This document shows positions 57,753 to 64,000 of a stretch of 64,000 nucleotides of DNA, in pieces. Every line of letters starts with the position of its first letter. Within the stretch, counting starts at the first letter, position 1. Source of the DNA: Clostridia bacterium (GTDB taxonomy: Bacteria; Bacillota; Clostridia; UMGS1883; UMGS1540); contig JAZSIR010000008.1 in assembly GCA_045533905.1 (NCBI GenBank), forward strand, positions 55,623 through 119,622, read 5' to 3'. A model generated the notes under the pieces. The model did no database searches. It was not told the origin of the DNA and saw only the letters and a list, made by a program, of their open reading frames with translations. The position numbers and the translations under genes are program-made.

Positions 57753-58519
57753 TCTGTACCTCCCCCTATTCTTTGCCCGTTCACCGTAAGGCTCCCCGTA
57801 ATTTCCACATTGCCCGTAAGGTTGATTTTCGGTGCCGCAATCGATGCCGCCTCCGCGCCCGCCATGTACACAAGCCCGCCCGCCTCTATACTAAGATTAG
57901 AAGTACTGTCAAGCTTTAATGCTACGCCGTTCTGCGCATACAATATAATTCGTCTTCTGGTTTCCCACGTGCCGCCCTCTCCTTCATCGTCAATTCGAAG
58001 GCCGCCCGCCACGTACGCCTTCTCCCCCTCTTCCTTATGCAAAAGAATAATCTCGCCTTCGTGTCGACCGCTCGTCTCGCCATCTCGGATAAGCGTACAG
58101 TAAAAAGTGTTTCCGCGCATCTCTATGCCGGAAATTGTGCCCGTTTTTATATTGCCGCCATCTATGACCGTTTCTCCGTCGAGCAAACTTTTAAATGTGA
58201 CCACGCCGAGAAATTCTATGTTTTTCGCCTCAGCCTCTATCCCGTCACCCGTAAGCCTGATGCTTGCGCTGGTCTCGCCGTTCGTCACCTCAAGGTCAAG
58301 GCTCTGTATGGTCTTCTTTACAGGTCCCGTGATCTCGTCCGAAATCTCGGAAAACGCCGCTTCGTTAAAATTCTCTTTCCCGACATTCGCAAGCGTATAC
58401 CGAAGCTCCTCAAGGAGCATATAGAGATAGCTTTGCATGCTGTAAAGCTTTTCTTCTGTGCTTTGTCCGTCCGAAAAATGCGGAAAATTTGTGTCCGCCG
58501 CCATAATTCCGTTTGGCAT
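57749..58519 (-). CDS. Phage minor structural protein (coiled coil plus beta-rich C-terminus)
   Basis: SYLYMLLEELRYTL coiled coil, IDGGNIKTGTI repeat-like motif, C-terminal NLTGNVEITGSLTVNG; GAGGTG RBS. Confidence 0.7.
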   Translation of the reverse strand: MPNGIMAADTNFPHFSDGQSTEEKLYSMQSYLYMLLEELRYTLANVGKENFNEAAFSEISDEITGPVKKTIQSLDLEVTNGETSASIRLTGDGIEAEAKNIEFLGVVTFKSLLDGETVIDGGNIKTGTISGIEMRGNTFYCTLIRDGETSGRHEGEIILLHKEEGEKAYVAGGLRIDDEGEGGTWETRRRIILYAQNGVALKLDSTSNLSIEAGGLVYMAGAEAASIAAPKINLTGNVEITGSLTVNGQRIGGGTE

Positions 58520-58604
58520 TTTGTATCACCTCTTTCATAAGCGTATCATAAAAGCCGTGCTTTGACGCGTCATTCCATATAAGAAAAGCGAGGCGCCGCC
58601 ATTC

Positions 58605-60110
58605 TCACTTTTTCGGCGTGCCCCACTTTTGTATCAAATATTTTCTGCCCTCGGTATCCGCGTTTTCATAGTCCTCCCACATATCGCGCGTCCACGTCTT
58701 TTCCGCACCATTTTTCGCTTCGCAGGTGTATCTCTGCTGTGGTCGTATGCCGTGTGCAATGGCGAGCGCCATCACGCAGTCGTCGTGCGCCCCTGCTTCC
58801 GCCTCAGGTTTCCAGTCCTCACCGCGCACAAAGGTCAGCATTTCCTCGAGCGTCGTCTCGTCGCACACTATGCGCACGTCCTCGCGCACCGCGCGGATAA
58901 GCTCCGACAAAATAACAGGCCGCGTCTTGGTGCCCGTCCAAAAGCCAAAACTGTGCTTTGGTTTCTGCGTAAAGTCATCCACCGTCTCGCGCACATATTG
59001 CTTCGGGTAGGAAAGCCTCTGTAGCTCCATCACGGGATATGTGGAGAAGTTTGTTTCGATGCCGACGAGCGCGGTGTTATAGTACATCCCGAGGCAGTAT
59101 ACCTGCCGCGCATAAACGTCCTCATCAAAGGAATGGCGAAGGATGGCCACCTGCTCGCCGGTGCGGTTATCAATCACCTGTGCCACAAACTTGTCGCTTC
59201 CGTTTCCGGCCGTGTCACCGCCGATAACATACGGCACGCCTTCCTCGGGCTCCTTGTATATTTTAATAAAGCCGTCGCGGTCATCTAAAAATCGTATATT
59301 CGATATGCGAAGTCCGTCGTACCCGAAATCGAACATGCCCACCTTCTTCGGCTGTATCTTTTCCGAAAGGCGCGCCGATACCTTCTTACTGTCAAACACG
59401 CTCTTCCCGGTTGCGCCCCACATGCCGAGGCAGTATACCGTGTAGTAGTATTCGTCAATATCCCGAAAGGCTTCGAGCGTTCGCCGGTCCTCCTCCGGAA
59501 GAAACCGATTGTCACGGTACGTGGATTCGTGTGTACGTACACGTGCATCCTTTCTGTCAAAAAAGCGCGCCTTCAGCCAGTGCTTGAGGCTCACGGGGTT
59601 GAATGTCAGTATAATCTGTTTGTAAAATTCCGTCTCGCCGCGAAGACGGATGTCGAGCTGATTAAAGTCCGCCTCCGAAATTTCGCTCGCTTCCTCCACC
59701 CATATGCCCGTGATATTGTAAATGGATTTGAGCTTTTCCACATCATCAAGGCCTGCAAATAAAATTTCGCTCCCGTTTCCAAAGCGCATCCGCATATCCC
59801 CGCGGTGGATGCGGCATCCGCTCTCGGGGTAAAACTCCGCCGCCTGCCCCGAAAGCTGGGTAAAACAGCTCTCGCGTATGGTACGTGCTACCTTTCGGCA
59901 TACCAAAAAGCGGTGACCCGCTTCGCACGTGCACCGCTCCAAAACCTTCCGTCCGGCAAAAATGCTCTTGCCGCTGCCGCCGCCACCCTTTAGAATAAGG
60001 TGCCGGTGCTCATCGCCAAAAAGCGGCATGAAGGTATCGTTATTCGTTTTCCGAAGCTCGTTGTACCAAACGGCAAGCGCCGCCGATTCCTCAATCTTCT
60101 TTCTGTCCAT
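58605..60110 (-). CDS. Terminase large subunit (PBSX-like)
   Basis: Walker A KGGGGSGKS, GLDDVEKLKS, WVEEASE, TFNP, nuclease GGDTA...HDDCVMALAI. Confidence 0.95.
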   Translation of the reverse strand: MDRKKIEESAALAVWYNELRKTNNDTFMPLFGDEHRHLILKGGGGSGKSIFAGRKVLERCTCEAGHRFLVCRKVARTIRESCFTQLSGQAAEFYPESGCRIHRGDMRMRFGNGSEILFAGLDDVEKLKSIYNITGIWVEEASEISEADFNQLDIRLRGETEFYKQIILTFNPVSLKHWLKARFFDRKDARVRTHESTYRDNRFLPEEDRRTLEAFRDIDEYYYTVYCLGMWGATGKSVFDSKKVSARLSEKIQPKKVGMFDFGYDGLRISNIRFLDDRDGFIKIYKEPEEGVPYVIGGDTAGNGSDKFVAQVIDNRTGEQVAILRHSFDEDVYARQVYCLGMYYNTALVGIETNFSTYPVMELQRLSYPKQYVRETVDDFTQKPKHSFGFWTGTKTRPVILSELIRAVREDVRIVCDETTLEEMLTFVRGEDWKPEAEAGAHDDCVMALAIAHGIRPQQRYTCEAKNGAEKTWTRDMWEDYENADTEGRKYLIQKWGTPKK

Positions 60111-60594
60111 CCTCGTCCTCTTTGAATGTTTTTGCAAGCTCGCGGCAGGCTTCATACTTTTCGGAAAGGCTCATATTTCGCGCCACGCTCTTCCGCGTCT
60201 CGGTGCCGAATTCTATTTCCTGCTTCTGCCGCCATCCGTAATTGTTTTGAAGATTAAATATGATGCCCTGCACGCTTTTCTCCCGAAGGAGGAGCTGCTC
60301 CTCCAGATACGCCTCAATCCGTGCCTTCGCCTTTTTTATTACCCCGCAAAGCTGCGGATTTTCTTCCTCGTCCTGATAATTTTGCCACGTGGAGCGGTCT
60401 ATGCCAAGATACAGGCATAGGCCGCTTACTGTGGGCGGCACGGCGTATTCTGTCACCATAATCACTTCTCCATCCGCGTTTTGTAAGGCACGCCCGTTTT
60501 TATCCCTCGCCTCGCGAAAGGCGCTTATGGAGCGAAAGTATTTCTCGATCGCCTCTTCGAGCTCTTTTTTCGAATATTTCTTCGGTCTCGCCAA
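60091..60594 (-). CDS. Terminase small subunit / DNA-packaging protein
   Basis: ARPKKY, PPTVSGLCLYLGIDRSTWQNY HTH, GIIFNLQNNYGW; directly upstream of TerL. Confidence 0.88.
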   Translation of the reverse strand: MARPKKYSKKELEEAIEKYFRSISAFREARDKNGRALQNADGEVIMVTEYAVPPTVSGLCLYLGIDRSTWQNYQDEEENPQLCGVIKKAKARIEAYLEEQLLLREKSVQGIIFNLQNNYGWRQKQEIEFGTETRKSVARNMSLSEKYEACRELAKTFKEDEDGQKED

Positions 60595-60609
60595 GCCGCC
60601 ATCTCCTTT

Positions 60610-62682
60610 TTACATAAGCGCACGCGCCGCATCTTCTCTTGCCCTTTGCACCGTGTCCGCCATAATCGCTTCCGCCTCCTGCCTTTGCATGGCGTCTTCC
60701 TCCGCCATTTTCTGTTGTTCCTGCGCCGCCTTCTGCTGCTCCATCGCCGCCATTTGTGCCATCTGCTGTGCTTTTTGCATGGCCGCTTCTTTTTCTGCAG
60801 CAGCGCGCATCTCTTCTTCCAGATACCGTTTCGTTTCCCCTGCACCCGGATAGTGGAGCATCTCCATCTTCGTCCAGAAGAGAATTAACGTCTTCGGGTT
60901 TGCAGGGTCCCCAAAGGCGCCTGTCTGCAGATTCATGCGCGTCTCCTGCCACATCGCCTCGCGGTTTGCCGCAAGCGGCGCGGTGGTGTCACAGCTGAAA
61001 AGGAATCGGTCGTTCCAGTGCCATTCGCCTGCCTCATCCATCTCCAAAAAGTCGTACCGGCTGAAGGTGCGGTATGTGGGGTTTCCGCTTATGTCCTTCG
61101 ATACCACAGGACGCGGCTCGTCCGTGTAGGCAAGCTTGAATTTGAACATCGCCTCAAATAGCGCGGCATACGCGGCGTTTTTCATCACACGCTTCGATTC
61201 GAGCCTGCCGGCACTTTGCGCCGCGGCAAATTCCTTCGCCTTGCCGCTCGTGGCAGTCCTGTCCGCTCTCCCCTGGAAGGAATCCGTAATGCCGATAATC
61301 TGACGCGCCTCTTCGTATACGTTTTTAAGGTACGCAATGTCCTGGCTGATATCTCCCTCCATCGTATGTACGCCAATCATGGAGGCATCCGCCGCATTTC
61401 CCGGGCGAATGATTTTCATGTCCTCATCGTTTGCCTCAATGCTCGCCGTATCCGGAAGCGTAATATAGCTGCCGCTTTTTACGAGCTTTTCAATAATCTT
61501 TGCCTCAAGGCGATTCGTGGTATTTTGCTGATCGCAAATCTTGTCAATATCGCTGTCCCCGAGAAAAGAACCATGTATACTTACATTTTTCTGGAGAATT
61601 ACGGGAAAAATGTCCGGCTTGTAGTATGGAATTTTCGTCGGCTCCTCACGGATTTCGAGGATAGGCATTCCGTTTTCGTCCATCTCCGTCTCCGAAGCCA
61701 CCTGCCGTTTTACAGCACCGGGAATGTCCCCGCCATATGCGCGTGCAATCGGCACGTATACTTCCTCGAATTCCTCCTCCGTTTCTTCCCACGCCGCACT
61801 CTTGCAGTACGGGCATACCTTCTTCTCCGCGTGCAGCTTCCCTTTTTCTCTTTCAGCGCCTGCGTACGGCATGCTCCCGTCTATGCTCGGCGCATCGAGC
61901 GGAATACTGTCAAGAGGCTCCACCGTGCCGCACTTTTGGCACCGGCGCAGCCTTCTCGCCTGATAATCCGAAAGGTCTATAAGTTCGGTGTCTCCTGCCC
62001 AGGAATACAGCCCAATGCCGCCCGCGTCGTTTCTGTAGTATGCGAGATACTGCGTCACCAGATCCTCGGCAGCACTCTCGCCGCCGCGCACCTCGGGTGC
62101 TTCCTCACTCTCGTCCTCTACGCTCACGCCGTATCTGCGGCGCAAATATTCCTTCGTCTGCGGCACCTTGAGGATGATGTAGTCCATATCCTCAATCCCT
62201 GTATATACGCCGTCCTGCGGCACAATCTGCTTGGGATGCACCGCGGAAACGGAAAGCTCGCCCACCGTAAAATGGGTGCGGCGCGTATTGTCCCACTCGA
62301 GAAGAAAGGCACCGCCGCCCTGAATCGGCACCGTGCGCTCCATCATATCGTTTATTTCCTCGAAATGGCCCCTGTCAATTTCATTTCGAAGCATGTCCTC
62401 TATAAGGCGCGCCTTGTCCTCGTCCTCAGGGCGCTGCGCCGTCACCTTCGGCATGGGAATACTCGAGGATACCTGCGCCTCTATAGTTTCCGCGCAGATG
62501 TTTCGAACATGCGGCGTCTTCTTTTTTCTTTCGCCGTCCACAAGCTTTCGAAGGCTTCGGTCGCCGCGGTAAAGCGCCTCGCGCTCGTCCATCTTCGCTT
62601 CCTCTGCACTATATGCGCTTTCATTTCTTGAAAGCCGCTCCTGCCAAAGGCGGAGCTTTTGCTTATCCGCTTTTTTCCCCAT
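60610..62682 (-). CDS. Portal protein (P22-like size, C-terminal coiled-coil barrel)
   Basis: 690 aa next to terminase; NICAETIEAQV, GDSDIDKICDQQ, IIGITDSFQG..ATSG, Gln/Ala/Met-rich tail. Confidence 0.8.
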   Translation of the reverse strand: MGKKADKQKLRLWQERLSRNESAYSAEEAKMDEREALYRGDRSLRKLVDGERKKKTPHVRNICAETIEAQVSSSIPMPKVTAQRPEDEDKARLIEDMLRNEIDRGHFEEINDMMERTVPIQGGGAFLLEWDNTRRTHFTVGELSVSAVHPKQIVPQDGVYTGIEDMDYIILKVPQTKEYLRRRYGVSVEDESEEAPEVRGGESAAEDLVTQYLAYYRNDAGGIGLYSWAGDTELIDLSDYQARRLRRCQKCGTVEPLDSIPLDAPSIDGSMPYAGAEREKGKLHAEKKVCPYCKSAAWEETEEEFEEVYVPIARAYGGDIPGAVKRQVASETEMDENGMPILEIREEPTKIPYYKPDIFPVILQKNVSIHGSFLGDSDIDKICDQQNTTNRLEAKIIEKLVKSGSYITLPDTASIEANDEDMKIIRPGNAADASMIGVHTMEGDISQDIAYLKNVYEEARQIIGITDSFQGRADRTATSGKAKEFAAAQSAGRLESKRVMKNAAYAALFEAMFKFKLAYTDEPRPVVSKDISGNPTYRTFSRYDFLEMDEAGEWHWNDRFLFSCDTTAPLAANREAMWQETRMNLQTGAFGDPANPKTLILFWTKMEMLHYPGAGETKRYLEEEMRAAAEKEAAMQKAQQMAQMAAMEQQKAAQEQQKMAEEDAMQRQEAEAIMADTVQRAREDAARALM

Positions 62683-62684
62683 CG

Positions 62685-63326
62685 CTACACCCTCTTTTCC
62701 CTGAGATACTGCACGATCTTTCGCGCCAGCCAGTATGTGTTCACGTCCTCATTCAGCTTCTGCATCCAAAGATGCGGATCGCCTATGACCTTCTCGCCAC
62801 TCGAGAGTGCACGCTCCGAAAGCTCCCACACAATATCGTTTACGGAAGTTAAAACCGGCAGGCGCACCTCATCCACCATTCGCAGAAAGCGGTACCACGC
62901 CGCCCAGCCATCCCCCGCAAATTCCGCAGGGCACATTTTACCGGAGGCGTCATAGTGCCGCACCACGTTTTCTATACCCGTTTCCGCCTTCAGCTTTCGC
63001 ACAAGCTCCGCCGCATTCTCCACGGCCTTGTCAAAATCGCCGCCGCGGTTTACACAGATTTCAATGCCGATGGAATTGGCGTTCGTAATGCCGTTTTTCC
63101 CCTTACCGTCGCCGCAATGCCATGTATAATACTTGGTATAGTCGTTAATCTGAAGCGCTTCTTTGTCGTCTACCACAAAGTCCGCACTCTGTCCCGCATA
63201 CTGCCTGTCCCAGTATTCGTAGTGCGCCCTTGCATCCGCGCTTTGGCTGTAGTTTCCCGTCGTGTGCACCACTATGTATTTTGCCTTTTCTGTCCTCGCC
63301 GTCTTGTTGCAAGTAATCTGCAGCAT
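62685..63326 (-). CDS. N-acetylmuramoyl-L-alanine amidase (Amidase_2) endolysin
   Basis: IVVHTT, WHCG, NSIGIEIC, VRHYDASGKMCP. Confidence 0.93.
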   Translation of the reverse strand: MLQITCNKTARTEKAKYIVVHTTGNYSQSADARAHYEYWDRQYAGQSADFVVDDKEALQINDYTKYYTWHCGDGKGKNGITNANSIGIEICVNRGGDFDKAVENAAELVRKLKAETGIENVVRHYDASGKMCPAEFAGDGWAAWYRFLRMVDEVRLPVLTSVNDIVWELSERALSSGEKVIGDPHLWMQKLNEDVNTYWLARKIVQYLREKRV

Positions 63327-63338
63327 ATATGTGCCTCC

Positions 63339-63518
63339 TTAAAACCCGCTCCGGTCCGTGGGGTTGTTCACCACGCCAAACGCCACCAAGACCGCAAGCA
63401 GAAGCTCTGTAAATTCATCGAATTTCGGTATTTCCCATCCAAGCCAATTCTTCGTGATAAATGCAAAAAGTGCCGCCATCGAAATCCAGAGCACAGGGCT
63501 CTTTATTCTTTCCTTCAT
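63339..63518 (-). CDS. Phage holin (59 aa, not in the ORF track)
   Basis: My translation MKERIKSPVLWISMAALFAFITKNWLGWEIPKFDEFTELLLAVLVAFGVVNNPTDRSGF; two TM segments, NNPT motif, AAGGAG RBS, adjacent to the lysin. Confidence 0.85.
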   Translation of the reverse strand: MKERIKSPVLWISMAALFAFITKNWLGWEIPKFDEFTELLLAVLVAFGVVNNPTDRSGF

Positions 63519-63530
63519 CTTGTTCTCCTT

Positions 63531-63815
63531 TCATCTTTCCATCTCTTTTACATGCAGCTCCTCCACCGCATATTTCTTCACATCGCCGTTCCCGCCATAC
63601 TTAATATACTTTTCTGCCGCAAGGATTCGCTCGCCGAGCGGCATGTGCGGATCCATAATCGTAATGCGGAGAATCGACATGTAGTTTTCAAACGTGTGCC
63701 GGTGCATATCCCGAAAATACGAAGGGATCCGAAAAAGCTTTTGCAGAAACCGGAAAATGCCGTAAGCCGCCGTAAGGCCGGCGCCTATTTTAATTATCCA
63801 CTCCAGTACCGCCAT
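63531..63815 (-). CDS. Small phage membrane protein of the lysis module
   Basis: N-terminal TM, YIKYGGNG motif; GAGGAG RBS before ATG 63815. Confidence 0.75.
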   Translation of the reverse strand: MAVLEWIIKIGAGLTAAYGIFRFLQKLFRIPSYFRDMHRHTFENYMSILRITIMDPHMPLGERILAAEKYIKYGGNGDVKKYAVEELHVKEMER

Positions 63816-64000
63816 CCGCTTCTCCTCTTCTTTCCTCCGCCTTAACCTTTTCAACGAAGGAATTGTATTCCTCAAATTCTTCCGGTTTCGTGTCTCTCTG
63901 CCGCAATATTGCCAGCTCGTCATTTACAGAATATTTTTCTCTTATTCGATTTACTATTCTTTCCTTGTAAGGAACGGCAGGAGCTTTTATTTGCATATCT
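63790..64000 (-). CDS. 3' part of a small phage protein (runs off the window)
   Basis: IREKYSVNDELAILRQRD...EFEEYNSFVEKVK, resembling small tail-fibre-associated proteins. Confidence 0.6.
   Translation of the reverse strand, partial: DMQIKAPAVPYKERIVNRIREKYSVNDELAILRQRDTKPEEFEEYNSFVEKVKAEERRGEADGGTGVDN

Larger units (their letters stand above)
42796..64000 (-). mobile_element. Prophage or phage-derived element, podovirus-like; continues beyond the window
   Basis: Co-oriented holin, amidase, portal, TerS, TerL, tail-hub-like and giant virion-type genes; att-like boundary. Confidence 0.88.

Noticed and set aside
61216-62631. 471-aa plus-strand ORF in the prophage
   Set aside because: Antisense shadow of the portal gene in GC-rich DNA.

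Overview
Window from a Clostridia (Bacillota) chromosome. About 1-42.4 kb is mostly minus-strand housekeeping DNA: addAB, miaB, recR, ybaB, dnaX, large SRP RNA, TPP riboswitch-thiT, a five-tRNA cluster, obgE-rpmA-prp-rplU, rex, gatCAB, thrC, pgi, ispDF, carD, ung, rsmE, prmA, trxA and an MBOAT cluster. It is interrupted by an AT-rich accessory patch (about 13.3-19.9 kb: MFS, LysR, AraC, MATE, GH43 and gene remnants) just downstream of tRNA-Lys. From about 42.8 kb to the window end is a podovirus-like prophage arm (holin, amidase, portal, TerS, TerL, tail-hub and ejection-type genes, and a 3247-aa polyvalent protein), bounded by a stranded tmRNA/tRNA-like 3' end that looks like an att site. The most striking observation is inside the 9.7-kb polyvalent-protein gene. 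Its central AT-richer region carries four effector-like domains, and each has a hidden partner overprinted on the same DNA. Two partners are antisense units with TTGACA-N17-TATACT promoters driving 70-80 nt self-terminating structured RNAs; two are +1-frame 60-aa ORFs with their own Shine-Dalgarno sites. I propose, as inference, an embedded effector/antidote system. All domain names come from motif recognition, not database searches.
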